The position numbers were made by a program, and so were the translations under genes. This document shows positions 11,515 through 21,713 of a stretch of DNA of 64,000 nt, piece by piece (within the stretch, counting starts at the first letter, position 1; each line of letters begins with the position of its first letter). The stretch lies in NCBI GenBank assembly GCA_963809895.1, contig CAWELD010000003.1, forward strand, positions 1,664,001-1,728,000, read 5' to 3'. The stretch is from an uncultured Gemmatimonadales bacterium. GTDB lineage: Bacteria > Gemmatimonadota > Gemmatimonadetes > Longimicrobiales > Gaopeijiaceae. The notes beneath the pieces were generated by a model that saw only the letters and a program-made list of their open reading frames with translations, searched no databases and was not told the DNA's origin.

Positions 11515-12548
11515 CCGTCGTCGCCAGAACCGGCCTGGGTGAGGGTCCCCCGCCCCAGTCGCGCCGCGGCCGCCCTCACGGACGGTGGCACGACGTCACC
11601 CGCCGACTCGTGCCAGGCGAGCACCTCGTCGAGATCCCGCGCCATGCGGGATCCCAGGTGCTCCACCAGACGGGTCGGGAGGAAGCGGGATGGATCCGCG
11701 TCGAAGAGACCTAATCTGCGGACCGCGGCTTCGAACACAAGTGGCCCGGGGATCATTCCCACGACTTCGGTCCCCAGGATTCGCCCGCCCGCGGCACGCA
11801 CCGCCGCCTCCACCGCCTCGAAGACGGCCAAGGGAGAGCGATGCTCCACGTCTTCCAGGTTCATGGACACCTGTTGGACGCCGGCCCGCTCCAGCGTGAG
11901 GGCGAGCACCCGCAGCCCCGGGAATCCGCCCCCGGTCTCCCGGAGCTTCGACGCGAGCGCCCGGAGGGCCTCCAGGGGCACGCCCTCCACCTGGATGTTC
12001 CACGCCAACAGAAGCGGGCGAGCTCCCACGCAAACGGCTCCCGCCGTGGGATGGGCGCCGCTGCGGCCCCCGTCCAGATCCGGACGGCGGTCCTCCGGGA
12101 AGGCCGGCACCAGCGTCTCGAATCCTCCGCGGCGGATCTCCGCCAGCGTCCGGCCAGGTGGGCTGGAGGCGGCGCCGTAGAAGAACACGGGCATGCCCCG
12201 GTCGGCCAGCCGTCGACCCACACGCCGAGCGCTGGCCACCGCGTCGGGCATCTCCAGGCCGTACAGGGGCACGAACGGAAGCACGTCCACGGCGCCGATC
12301 CTGGGGTGGATCCCCTGGTGCGTGCGGAGGTCGACCCGCTCGAGCGCCACCTCCGCCACCGCCACGGCCGCGGCCTCCACCGAGGCGGGATCCCCGACCC
12401 AGGTCACCACGCTCCGGTGATGGTCGGGATCCCGCGAGCCGTCCAGGACATCCACACCATGGCGCCGGGCCGCGTCGATGACAGCGTCCAGGAACGCGGG
12501 ATCGCGGCCCTCGCTGAAGTTCGGGACCGCTTCGAGGACGGGTACCAT
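11511..12548 (-). CDS. ftcD: glutamate formimidoyltransferase (stand-alone FT domain)
   Basis: EAVPNFSEGRD, DPDHHRSVVT, HQGIHPRIGAVDVLPFVP, QVSMNL; no cyclodeaminase domain. Confidence 0.92.
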   Translation of the reverse strand: MVPVLEAVPNFSEGRDPAFLDAVIDAARRHGVDVLDGSRDPDHHRSVVTWVGDPASVEAAAVAVAEVALERVDLRTHQGIHPRIGAVDVLPFVPLYGLEMPDAVASARRVGRRLADRGMPVFFYGAASSPPGRTLAEIRRGGFETLVPAFPEDRRPDLDGGRSGAHPTAGAVCVGARPLLLAWNIQVEGVPLEALRALASKLRETGGGFPGLRVLALTLERAGVQQVSMNLEDVEHRSPLAVFEAVEAAVRAAGGRILGTEVVGMIPGPLVFEAAVRRLGLFDADPSRFLPTRLVEHLGSRMARDLDEVLAWHESAGDVVPPSVRAAAARLGRGTLTQAGSGDDG

Positions 12549-12648
12549 GCTTCAACAGTATCCCTTGCGGGTGCCGGTCGCCAAGACGAACGCCCCGGAC
12601 CTCGACCATCGAAGTCCGGGGCGCGACGTCCGACTCGTCGGCGCGAAC

Positions 12649-13794
12649 TCAGCGAATGGAGATGCTGCCGGGCGCCCTCGGCGCCAGGTTCGGGTTACCG
12701 GGCTGCAGCTGATAGGCCCAGTCGAAGATGACCAGGGGATCCCCGTTCTGGTCGAAGCCCAGGATCTGGATCCGAAGCGTCGCGTAGTGGGACTGCCCGT
12801 CGTCACCCGGCACCCGCAAGACGTAGGTGGTCTCCTGCAGCAGCTCCAGGTCGGCCACGACGTATCCCGTCGTCGGGGCGACGTCCAACGAGGTGCAGGA
12901 AGCGTCAGCGGCTGGACCGCACTTCAACGACGTGGTGGCATACCCGTCGGGATAGACCTGGACGCCAGGTCCCGGCACCAGCCACCATCCGGACTGATCG
13001 GTCTCCAGCCGGAAGTGTCGAGCCGGATCGTCGCCGTCCACCAGCGGATCCTCGTTCTCCGTCTCGCGGAATACGAACCCCGACAGGCTGGGCTGTGCGA
13101 AGTAATCCCAGACCACGTCTCCGTGGAAGTCGGGACGAGGCGTGCCCTCCGCCGCCGAGCTTCCGGAGCTCTCGTGGCCCTGATCGTCCACCGAGGTCAC
13201 GAAATACGTGTAGGTGAGGCCATTTTCCGCCAGCAGGTCCAGGAATCCCTCGGAGTCCGTCTCACCGAGCAGATACGACGAGCCCTGGTAGCTCAGGTAG
13301 ACGCGGTAGAAGGAGAAGTCGTCGGCCGACCGGGCGTTGGCCGCCCAGCGCACGTAGTTGGCGTGATCCAGCGCCACGACCCCGATGCCCGAGGGCACGG
13401 GGGGCGGCACCGGCTGCGGCACGTCGACGCGGATGGCCTCCGACGTGGGCGTCTCGACGCCGGCGTCGTCCACGGCGGCCACGTAGTAGTCGTAGCTGCG
13501 GCCGGGCTGGATGTTGGTATCGCGATAGGAACACACCCCGCCGCTGCAGCTCGTGACCTCGGCCACGAGGAAGTAGTCCGAATCCGTCGATCGCTTGGCG
13601 TAGACCAGAAAGCTCTCGCCGGCCCAGGCGGGCCCGAGCTCCCAGCTCACGTACACCGCCCCGGCGTAGTAGTAGGCGTCCAGGGCACGGGGCGCGTCGG
13701 GCGCTCCTCCCGGGACCACCACCGCGTCGGTGGTGTCGCATCCGCCGGCGGCCAGCGCGAACCCGGCCGCCACACCCATCATCCAGCGCTTCAT
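12649..13794 (-). CDS. lipoprotein with two fibronectin type III-like repeats
   Basis: Lipobox LAAGGC; Fn3-like patterns SYDYYVAAVDDAGVE and TYTYFVTSVDDQGHES; RBS GGAG. Confidence 0.75.
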   Translation of the reverse strand: MKRWMMGVAAGFALAAGGCDTTDAVVVPGGAPDAPRALDAYYYAGAVYVSWELGPAWAGESFLVYAKRSTDSDYFLVAEVTSCSGGVCSYRDTNIQPGRSYDYYVAAVDDAGVETPTSEAIRVDVPQPVPPPVPSGIGVVALDHANYVRWAANARSADDFSFYRVYLSYQGSSYLLGETDSEGFLDLLAENGLTYTYFVTSVDDQGHESSGSSAAEGTPRPDFHGDVVWDYFAQPSLSGFVFRETENEDPLVDGDDPARHFRLETDQSGWWLVPGPGVQVYPDGYATTSLKCGPAADASCTSLDVAPTTGYVVADLELLQETTYVLRVPGDDGQSHYATLRIQILGFDQNGDPLVIFDWAYQLQPGNPNLAPRAPGSISIR

Positions 13795-13956
13795 GAGAGT
13801 CTCCTGACGTGGTACGTCGACGACCGTGCTGATCGCAGGGGACGTACCACGAACGTATGTACCTGCAGTTCTTACGGTTACGAGTTCTGACCAAACCAGA
13901 TATGTCCTCTCGAGGTGACAGGTCCGGCGTCACACTGTCGCATTCCAGACGACAGC

Positions 13957-13987
13957 GCGGGCCCGCCCCGGACAGGGACGGGCCCGC
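13957..13987 (-). terminator. hairpin downstream of etfA
   Basis: GCGGGCCCG(C)CCC-GGACA-GGG(A)CGGGCCCGC inverted repeat. Confidence 0.45.
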
Positions 13988-14021
13988 ACCTGATCCACCG
14001 ACGCCGATGCCCGACGCGGGC

Positions 14022-15014
14022 TCAGCCGCCGTCGCGCAGCGTGCGAACCGCCTCGGTGAGGCGAGGCACGACCTCGAAGAGATCGCCCACGATGCCGTAG
14101 TCGGCGACGTTGAAGATGGGGGCGTCGGGGTCCTTGTTCACCGCCACGATGGTCCCCGAGGTTCGCATGCCCGCCAGGTGCTGGATGGCTCCCGAGATGC
14201 CCACCGCGAAGTAGAGCTTGGGAGAGACCGTCTTGCCCGTTTGACCCACCTGCTCGCCGTGGGGGCGCCAGCCGGCGTCCACGACGGCCCGGGACGCACC
14301 CAGCGCCGCCACGTCCGAACCCAGTGCGTCGCGCAGCTCCTCGAGAAGCGTCCAGTTCTCCGGGTCCTTCATGCCGCGGCCACCGGCCACGACCACCGAG
14401 GCCTCCGCCACGTCCAGGTCACCGCCCCCGGCCGCCTGGAACTCCAGGACCCGGGTCCCCCAGGCGTCACGATCCACCGCGGGCTCGTAGCTCTCGACGG
14501 CGCCGGCACCCTCCGACTCCCGGGGCGGGAACACGTTGGGCCGGAGGGACAGGACGGCAGGGACCGCCTCGAACCGGATCCGGGCGAAGGCCTTCCCGGC
14601 GTAGATCGGCCGCAACGCCGACAACGCGCCGCCGTCGGCGCTCACCTCCGTGACGTCACCGGCCAGCGGGACGTCCAGGAGCGCCGCCACCCGGGGCGCC
14701 AGGTCCTTCCCCAGCGACGTCGCGGAAAAGAGCACCGCGCCGTAGTCACCCGACCGTACCGCCTCGGCCACCACACCGGCGTAGCCTTCGCCGTTGTATC
14801 CGGCCAGGGCCGGGTGCTCCGCGACCCGGACCCGGGCGGCGCCGAAGCGGCCCAGATCGCCGGCGCCGCCGGCGAGCCCGGGACCACCCACGGCCAGGGC
14901 GTGAACCTCTCCACCCAGGTCCGCCGCGAGCCGTGCAGCGGTGGATATCACTTCGTGGGCCACCCCGCGGACGGCCCCGTCTCTCTGCTCAACGAAGGCG
15001 AGAATGTCGCCCAT
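14022..15014 (-). CDS. etfA: electron transfer flavoprotein alpha subunit
   Basis: [56 protein letters not shown]. Confidence 0.97.
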   Translation of the reverse strand: MGDILAFVEQRDGAVRGVAHEVISTAARLAADLGGEVHALAVGGPGLAGGAGDLGRFGAARVRVAEHPALAGYNGEGYAGVVAEAVRSGDYGAVLFSATSLGKDLAPRVAALLDVPLAGDVTEVSADGGALSALRPIYAGKAFARIRFEAVPAVLSLRPNVFPPRESEGAGAVESYEPAVDRDAWGTRVLEFQAAGGGDLDVAEASVVVAGGRGMKDPENWTLLEELRDALGSDVAALGASRAVVDAGWRPHGEQVGQTGKTVSPKLYFAVGISGAIQHLAGMRTSGTIVAVNKDPDAPIFNVADYGIVGDLFEVVPRLTEAVRTLRDGG

Positions 15015-15028
15015 GTCTGCCTCCTCGC

Positions 15029-15778
15029 TCACAGGACCTTGGCTTCTTCGCGAAGGAGCCGGACCAGCTCCGGCACCGCGTCGGGACCCTCGCCCACCAC
15101 CCTGCCCGCCGGTCGCTCGGGCGGTGGCTCCAGACCCTCCACCACCAGACGCGGCTCGAAGATCTGGGCGTCCTTCTCTTCCAGCGGCTTCCGCTTCGCC
15201 GCCATGATCCCCTTGAGAGAGGCGTAGCGCGGCTCGAACTCCCCCTTGGTCACGGTCACCACGGCGGGCAGCCGAGCTTCCACGATCTCGGTACCTCCCT
15301 CCACCTCTCGATGGCAGACCACGGCGCCATCGTGGAGCTCGAAGCTCCCGACGGCCGTGACGCAGGGGCGGCCCATGAGCGTCGCCACCATGGGCCCCAC
15401 CTGTTGGGCGTCGTCGTCCGCGGCCTTGACCCCGAAGAGGATGAGGGGGGCGTCGTGGCTCTCGAGCTCGGCGGCCAGCGCGCGGGCGGTCGCGAGCCCG
15501 TCCATGGTCACGTCACCCTTGAGGAGCGTGGCGCGATCGGCGCCCATGGCCAGGGTGGAGCGGAGCTGCTCGGCAGCAGCAGCGTCTCCCATGGTGACGA
15601 CCGCCACCTCGCCCTCCCCCGCCGCCTCCTTCGTCCTGAGCGCGCCCTCGACGGCGAACTCGTCGTAGGGGCTCACGATGTACTTGACCCCGCTGGGGTC
15701 GATGGAGGTGCCGTCGCCGGCGATGCGCACCCGCGTCTCGGTGTCGGGTGTCCGCTTGATGCAGACGGTGATGTTCAC
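15029..15778 (-). CDS. etfB: electron transfer flavoprotein beta subunit
   Basis: GTG start VNITVCIKRTPD, PYDEFAVE, AMGADRA, EPRYASLKGIMAAK. Confidence 0.96.
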   Translation of the reverse strand: MNITVCIKRTPDTETRVRIAGDGTSIDPSGVKYIVSPYDEFAVEGALRTKEAAGEGEVAVVTMGDAAAAEQLRSTLAMGADRATLLKGDVTMDGLATARALAAELESHDAPLILFGVKAADDDAQQVGPMVATLMGRPCVTAVGSFELHDGAVVCHREVEGGTEIVEARLPAVVTVTKGEFEPRYASLKGIMAAKRKPLEEKDAQIFEPRLVVEGLEPPPERPAGRVVGEGPDAVPELVRLLREEAKVL

Positions 15779-15905
15779 GTTCGACTCCAGACCTGTTCGG
15801 GAATGGAAGGAGGGTCGGCCAAATCTACCCCCGCCTCCGGAGGGTCTCAACCGGCCGGGAGCCGCCTGGGGCGCTGGCAGGTCGCTGAAGAAGGGGAGCG
15901 ACCTG

Positions 15906-17318
15906 CTACAGCATCGCTCCCACCACCAGGAAGGCCAGTGTGGCGAAGGCACCGCCGACCAGGGCGTAGGGCAACTGCGTGCGCACGTGGTCGATGTGGT
16001 CGGTGGCCGCGGCCATGGAGGCGATGATGGTGGTGTCGCTGATGGGCGAGCAGTGGTCGCCGAAGATGCCCCCGGACAGCGACGCGGCCACGAACGGCGC
16101 CAGCGGGAGCCCCAGGGCTTCGGCGGCCGGCACGGCGATGGGGAGCATGATGCCGAACGTGCCCCAGCTCGTGCCGGTGGAGAAGGCGATGGCCGAGGCC
16201 ACGAGGAAGACGAGAGGCAGGAAGATCACGGGCGGGAGCACGCCCGCCGTCACCTGTGCGACGTAGGGACCCGTCCCCAGCTCCGAAGCCACGTCCTTGA
16301 GAGCCAGGGCCAGCAGGAGGATCAAGGCCAGCGGCACCAGTCCGCCGGCCCCCTTCAGCGCCGTCCGCACCAGCCCGTCCACCGAGTGCCCCTTTCGGCC
16401 CAGCAGCAGCGCCCAGCTCGTGGCCAGACCCACCATGACCGCCCACAGCACCGACGTGCTTCCATCCCCCTCCGTGAGGACACCGTGACCGGTGATGAGC
16501 AGGCCGACGGGCATGAACGCCACCATCGCCGCGATGGGGAGAATCATGTTGCGCGCGCGCGGCTCCACGCCTTCCGCCAGCTTCGGCGACAACACCTCCT
16601 CGTCGATGAGGGGGGTGGCGTCGGGCCACAGCATCCGTCCTTCGCGTGTACGAGCCTCGGCCTTGCGCATGGGTCCGAGATCCCATCCGAAGAGGATGGT
16701 GGCCAGGGCCAGGAGGACCGCCGCGATGGCGTAGAAGTTCAGGAACACGGCCTCCAGGAAGACCTTCAGCGGGTCGGCCACGCCGAGTCCCGAAAGGATG
16801 CCGAGGTTGTAGGCGCCCCAGGCGTTCAACGGAATCAGGATGCAGATGGGCGCCGAGGTCGAGTCGATGATGTAGGCGAGCTTCTCGCGCGAGACCCGGT
16901 GCCGATCCACCAGGGGACGGGCCACGGACCCGGCCACGAGCACGGTGATGTTCGACTCGATGAAGATCACCACCCCCACCGCCCACGCCAGCAGCTGCGC
17001 GCCCCGGCCCGTCCGCACCCAGTTGCGCTCCTCCAGCCACCGCACGAAGCCTCGCACGCCCCCCGAGGACTCCACGGTGGCGATGAGCGCGCCGATGACC
17101 AGGGTGAACAGGATCACCTTGGTCTGACCCGAATCCAGGAACACCGCCACCAGGGCGTCGACGGACGAGGCCATGCCGCTCAACGGATTCCACCCATCGA
17201 GGATGGTCCAGCCCAGCCACACGCCACCGGCCAGCGACAGATAGACCTGCCGGCTCCAGATGGCGAGAACGATGGCCGCCACCGGCGGGAGCACCGAGAT
17301 CCAGGTGGGGTCGCTCAT
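15906..17318 (-). CDS. Na+/H+ antiporter NhaC family protein
   Basis: SREKLAYIIDSTSAP, FSTGTSWGTFGIMLPI, GDHCSPISDTTI, DHVRTQLPYA; many TMs. Confidence 0.9.
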   Translation of the reverse strand: MSDPTWISVLPPVAAIVLAIWSRQVYLSLAGGVWLGWTILDGWNPLSGMASSVDALVAVFLDSGQTKVILFTLVIGALIATVESSGGVRGFVRWLEERNWVRTGRGAQLLAWAVGVVIFIESNITVLVAGSVARPLVDRHRVSREKLAYIIDSTSAPICILIPLNAWGAYNLGILSGLGVADPLKVFLEAVFLNFYAIAAVLLALATILFGWDLGPMRKAEARTREGRMLWPDATPLIDEEVLSPKLAEGVEPRARNMILPIAAMVAFMPVGLLITGHGVLTEGDGSTSVLWAVMVGLATSWALLLGRKGHSVDGLVRTALKGAGGLVPLALILLLALALKDVASELGTGPYVAQVTAGVLPPVIFLPLVFLVASAIAFSTGTSWGTFGIMLPIAVPAAEALGLPLAPFVAASLSGGIFGDHCSPISDTTIIASMAAATDHIDHVRTQLPYALVGGAFATLAFLVVGAML

Positions 17319-17388
17319 GTGCGCACGCTACTCCTCGGGGTTGGGCGAGTCGGCGCGAACGCGACCCGCCGGGTGCCAGCCCGCAAGC

Positions 17389-18021
17389 TCAGCGCGAGAC
17401 CCCCGGGCTACCCTTGACGAAGAACCGCAGGGGCCAGTCGGCGGCTTCGCTCACGCCGATCCTCCCCGATGTACCCACGTGCCGGTCCGCCACCTCCCAG
17501 CCGCGCAACAGCCGGAGCGGTGGGGTGGACAGGTCGTGTCCGTACAGGCGGTCCGAAATCCCCAGTGCCTGACACAGACGCCCGGGCCCGGACGCCAGGT
17601 CCCGGTCCCGTCCACGCCGCCGCGCCATCTCGCCCGCGCCCGTGAGGGGCTCCATCCCGCGGAGCAGGACGGCCCCGGCCTCGCCGTCGGGACCCACCAC
17701 CACGTTCATGCACCAGTGGATCCCGTAGCTGCGATACACGTAGGCGTGACCGGCGGGCCCGAACATGGCCCGGTTGCGGGGTGTCACGCCACTCCGGGTG
17801 GCGGCGTGAGACGCGGGATCGCCGGAGCCCAGGTAGGCCTCGGTCTCGACGATGACGCCCGACGTCACCCTGCCGCCGACCTCCGACACGAGGCGGGCGC
17901 CCAGGAGCTCACGAGCGACGTGCGTGGGGGATGCCGACTCGGGAATGCGGAACACGTCGGGCCGGGGCTCCAGGCCGGATCGCCAGGGAAACCCCGGCCC
18001 GTCATGACCGGTCGCGCTCAC
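17389..18021 (-). CDS. mpg: DNA-3-methyladenine glycosylase (MPG/AAG family); start approximate
   Basis: VARELLG, IVETEAYLG.DPASH, MFGPAGHAYVYRSYGIHWCMNVV, GPGRLCQALGI, RIGVS. Confidence 0.93.
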   Translation of the reverse strand: MSATGHDGPGFPWRSGLEPRPDVFRIPESASPTHVARELLGARLVSEVGGRVTSGVIVETEAYLGSGDPASHAATRSGVTPRNRAMFGPAGHAYVYRSYGIHWCMNVVVGPDGEAGAVLLRGMEPLTGAGEMARRRGRDRDLASGPGRLCQALGISDRLYGHDLSTPPLRLLRGWEVADRHVGTSGRIGVSEAADWPLRFFVKGSPGVSR

Positions 18022-18034
18022 GGACTCCCCGGGG

Positions 18035-19786
18035 TCAGCCCCCGCGGGAGCGGCGACCCCGGCGGCCACGACGGCCACCGCGTCCGTTGCTCTTGTCCTC
18101 GGCACCGGCCGACTGCTGGCGTCGCTCCAGGTCTTCCTGCCAGGCCTCGAGCACCCGCTCGGCGCGGTTGGAGGGGATGGCCTCACTCACGCGCTCGGGA
18201 TCGGCCTGCAGCACGTTGAAGAGCTCCTCGCCGAACTTCTCCACCAGGGCCTCGGCGGTCTTCTTTCCCACGCCCTTGTAGGAATTGGAGAGATAACGGA
18301 TCTGGGCCTCGGGATCGGTGGGCAGCCCCAGGGCCGACGCGTCCACGTCGGCCGCAGACGCCGTGCCTTCGCCGCTGGACGGCTGACTCGCCGCCTGGCC
18401 CTCGAAGAGGGGCGGCGGTGCGTCGTCCGACCGCCGCCGGGTGGTGCCGCCACGGGGACCCAGACGCCGGCCCGGGGCTCCCGAATCGACGACGTCTTCG
18501 GGGCGCAACTCGCGCACCACTGGACCGTCCGCGCTGGCCTCGGCTTCACGAACCTCGTCGTCCTGCTCGGGGCTCTCGACCTGTTCCTTCGCGGCGGAGG
18601 GGGAGGTCTGCTCCGGAGTGGTGGTGCCCCGGAGGCTCACCTCGTAGTTGCCGCCGTCCTGCTTGTGGAGATCGACGATCTCGTGGTCGTGGGCCTGTCG
18701 CAGAAAGCGACTGAACTTGCTGAAACCCAGCTCGGCTTCGTCGAATCCCTTCTCGAGCTCGAGCATCCGCCGCTTCACGTCCGAATCGCGGGCCGGGTGA
18801 CGGCCGTCGTCGCGCAACGCCTCCAGAGCCCGAGTGAGGAGCCCGTACGCCGCCTCCAGGGGATTGCCGTCCGCCTCGTTCTCGGCGGGCTTGCTCTCCT
18901 CGCGAGGCGTCTCCTGCTTCTCGGGCGCCTCGGTCCGGTCGCGGCGGTCTTCCCGCCGGCCACGGCTCTTCCGGCCCGAACGCTCGTCACCGCGCTCCGA
19001 GCGGCGCGAGCCCCCGCCGTCGCGGTAGGGCGCCACCTCGTACTGGCCGTTGTCCATCTTTCGGAGCTGCACGAGGTTCTTCGACGCGGCTTCGGTGATG
19101 AAGCGACTGAACTTGCTGAACCCGTATCCCCCCTCGTCGAAGGAGGGATCGATCTCCATCATGACCTGCTTGAGCCGGTCGGAGCGCATGACGTCGTTGC
19201 GGTCCGCCATCTGCTTCACAGCTTTCTCCACCAGGACCCAGGGATCCATGGACTTCTGGTCCCCGCCGGTGGTCTTCTGGAGGCCCGTCAGGCTCGTGTA
19301 CGAATAGTACTCGTCGCAGTTCTGGACGAGGATGTCCGAGCTGGACTCCTGAATCCCCACACCGATGACGTACTTGCCGTATTCCTTGAGCTTGAGCACA
19401 CAGCTCGAGAAATCGCTGTCGCCGGTGAGGAGGATGAAGGTGCCGATCTCGGGGCGTACGAACACCAGCTCCATGGCGTCGATGGCCATGCGGATGTCCG
19501 TGGCATTCTTCTTCGAGCTGCCGTAGGCGGGCGCGAAGATCAGGTCGATGGAGTTCTCCGAGAGCGGAACGATGTACTGGGGATAGCGGCGCCAGTCCGC
19601 GTAGGCGCGCTGAACGGTGACCTTCCCGCGGATCATGTCCGATTGAAGGAGCTTCTTCAGGTCGCGGGACAGGTCGCTTCGCATCCCCATCGTGACGTTG
19701 TCGAAGTCGATGAGGAGTGCCGCGTTGGGCGCGGCGGTTCCGACAGGATCACCCCGGTGGGGCGCCCTGGTGAAAGGCGTGGTCAT
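18035..19786 (-). CDS. NYN (LabA/DUF88) domain protein with two OST-HTH/LOTUS domains and C-terminal HhH domain
   Basis: NYN motifs IDFDNV, KNATDIRMAIDA, TGDSDF; two repeats of FDE..GFSKFSRF (LOTUS-like); C-terminal YLSNSYKGVGKKTAEALVEKFG. Confidence 0.88.
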   Translation of the reverse strand: MTTPFTRAPHRGDPVGTAAPNAALLIDFDNVTMGMRSDLSRDLKKLLQSDMIRGKVTVQRAYADWRRYPQYIVPLSENSIDLIFAPAYGSSKKNATDIRMAIDAMELVFVRPEIGTFILLTGDSDFSSCVLKLKEYGKYVIGVGIQESSSDILVQNCDEYYSYTSLTGLQKTTGGDQKSMDPWVLVEKAVKQMADRNDVMRSDRLKQVMMEIDPSFDEGGYGFSKFSRFITEAASKNLVQLRKMDNGQYEVAPYRDGGGSRRSERGDERSGRKSRGRREDRRDRTEAPEKQETPREESKPAENEADGNPLEAAYGLLTRALEALRDDGRHPARDSDVKRRMLELEKGFDEAELGFSKFSRFLRQAHDHEIVDLHKQDGGNYEVSLRGTTTPEQTSPSAAKEQVESPEQDDEVREAEASADGPVVRELRPEDVVDSGAPGRRLGPRGGTTRRRSDDAPPPLFEGQAASQPSSGEGTASAADVDASALGLPTDPEAQIRYLSNSYKGVGKKTAEALVEKFGEELFNVLQADPERVSEAIPSNRAERVLEAWQEDLERRQQSAGAEDKSNGRGGRRGRRGRRSRGG

Positions 19787-20021
19787 GCAGTCATCTCGCA
19801 GCGTTCAGGAGGATGTTGTCTGCCGCGAGCCATCCCCTTCCTACCCCCGTGCCTATCGGACGGACGGAGCCCGCCGTCGAGGACGAGGGTCGGAGCAGGG
19901 AAGCCCGGGTCACCCACCGGATCGTTCCGGCGGACGCCCGCGCGCCGGGACCGGGAGGATCGTCCTCACGGCCGAGGCGCGCATACGGCTCGTCACACGT
20001 GCCCGTCGCCGAACCTTCCGG

Positions 20022-21617
20022 TCAGCCGACGCCGTTCGCTTCCTGGCGAGCCAGTCGAGCGAGATCGACGCGGCGGACCTTGCCGGTTCCCGTGCGAGGA
20101 AAATCCTCGAAGAAGCGGACCAGGTCGGGGACCTTGTAGTCCGCGAGGGTCTCCCGGCACCAATCCCGGATCTCGGGTCCGGACACCAGGGCACCCTCCA
20201 CGGGCACGACGCAGGCACAGATGGCCTCGCCCAGGACATCGTCCGGGACTCCGACCACCGCGGCTTCATGAACCGCCGGATGCGCGTGGAGGCGATCCTC
20301 CAGCTCCCGGGGGTACACGTTGAAGCCAGTTCGAATGATAACCTCTTTGCGACGGCCCACCAAATGGAGGAATCCGTCCTCGTCCACCATCCCCAGGTCA
20401 CCGGTGAGGAAATAGCCCTCGGGATCCAGCGAGGCCCGCGTCTCCTGCGGCTGGCGATAGTACCCCAGCATGACCCCCGGCCCGCGCACCGCGATCTCCC
20501 CCACGCTCTCCACGGGAAGCTCGGAGGCGTCCTCCAGGATCCGCACCTGGGTGCTCTCCACGGGCCGTCCCACCGTGAACCGTCGCTTGGCCGGCGGATC
20601 CGTGACGCGGGACACCGCCACGGTCGACGCCGTCTCGGTGAGCGAGTAGGCCACCAGCAGCGTGGGGGTCAGCCCCTCCTCGATGCGCCGCGCCAACGTC
20701 TCCGACACGGGCGCCCCGGCCACCAGCCCCAGACGAAGCGAGCTCAGGTCACGGGGATTGCGCTCCTGTTCGCGCAACTCGGTGACGAAGAGCGTGGGGA
20801 TGCCGTATTGCACCGTCACCCGCTGCTGCTCGACCAGATCCAACACACCGGTCGCGTCCATGTCCTCCATGAGGACCAACGACGCACCCGACAGCAGGCA
20901 ACCCAGCACTCCGGGGCCCATGCCGAAGACGTGGAAGAGCGCCGAAACACCCGCCACCCGGTCCTCGGGCACGAGTTCCAATGCCTCGGCCGTCGATGCG
21001 GCCGAATAGATCAGATTGGCGTGGGACAGCGACACGCCCTTGGGCTTGCCCGTGGTGCCCGACGTGTAGAGGATCGCGAAGGTGTCCGATTCGGGATCGG
21101 CCGACGGAGCCGGGTAGTCGCGTCCGCCTCCCGCCGACAGCAGGTCCTCGTACTGGAAGATGCGATCGTCGTACCAGAGATCTTCCTCGCCCACCGTCAC
21201 CAGGTACTGCAGCTCGGGGAGCTGCACGAGAAAGTCCTCGAACACCTGCAGGTAATCGACGCCGTGGTAGGACTCGGCGGTCACCGCCGCGACGGCCTCG
21301 GAGTGGCGGAGCATGTAGTGGAGCTCGGTGACCGTGAGCCGGGGGTTCAAGGGCACGATCACTCCGCCCAGCTTCGCCACGGCCAGCATGGTGACCACGA
21401 ACTCCGGGCACGCCGGGAGCACCACGGCGATGCGATCTCCGGCCTCGATGCCCAGCGAGTGCAGGGCAGCAGCCAGGGCCTCCGCCTGTCCGTCGACCTC
21501 TCCGAAGGTGAGCGAGCGGTCGCCTGCGCGCAGGAAGACGCCCTCGGGATCGGCGGTGGCCCTGTGTGCCAGGGCCGACGCCACGGTGAAGTCTCGGTAG
21601 CGTCCCGCAAGCGCCAT
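20022..21617 (-). CDS. class I adenylate-forming enzyme (long-chain fatty acid-CoA ligase-like)
   Basis: YTSGTTGKPKG, YSLTE, TGDLG, GRRKEVIIRTGFNVYP, TGKV. Confidence 0.93.
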   Translation of the reverse strand: MALAGRYRDFTVASALAHRATADPEGVFLRAGDRSLTFGEVDGQAEALAAALHSLGIEAGDRIAVVLPACPEFVVTMLAVAKLGGVIVPLNPRLTVTELHYMLRHSEAVAAVTAESYHGVDYLQVFEDFLVQLPELQYLVTVGEEDLWYDDRIFQYEDLLSAGGGRDYPAPSADPESDTFAILYTSGTTGKPKGVSLSHANLIYSAASTAEALELVPEDRVAGVSALFHVFGMGPGVLGCLLSGASLVLMEDMDATGVLDLVEQQRVTVQYGIPTLFVTELREQERNPRDLSSLRLGLVAGAPVSETLARRIEEGLTPTLLVAYSLTETASTVAVSRVTDPPAKRRFTVGRPVESTQVRILEDASELPVESVGEIAVRGPGVMLGYYRQPQETRASLDPEGYFLTGDLGMVDEDGFLHLVGRRKEVIIRTGFNVYPRELEDRLHAHPAVHEAAVVGVPDDVLGEAICACVVPVEGALVSGPEIRDWCRETLADYKVPDLVRFFEDFPRTGTGKVRRVDLARLARQEANGVG

Positions 21618-21649
21618 GACACCTCCAGGTGGGCAACGAAAGCCGGGAG

Positions 21650-21678
21650 AAGATAGGGGCCCCTCCCGAAACCGTCAA
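21650..21678 (-). promoter_or_regulatory. sigma70-type promoter for acyl-CoA ligase
   Basis: Minus strand TTGACG (21678-21673), 17 nt, TATCTT (21655-21650); AT-rich upstream. Confidence 0.6.
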
Positions 21679-21713
21679 ATCTGCGATTGAATCCGTCTAA
21701 ATCATTGGCTTGC

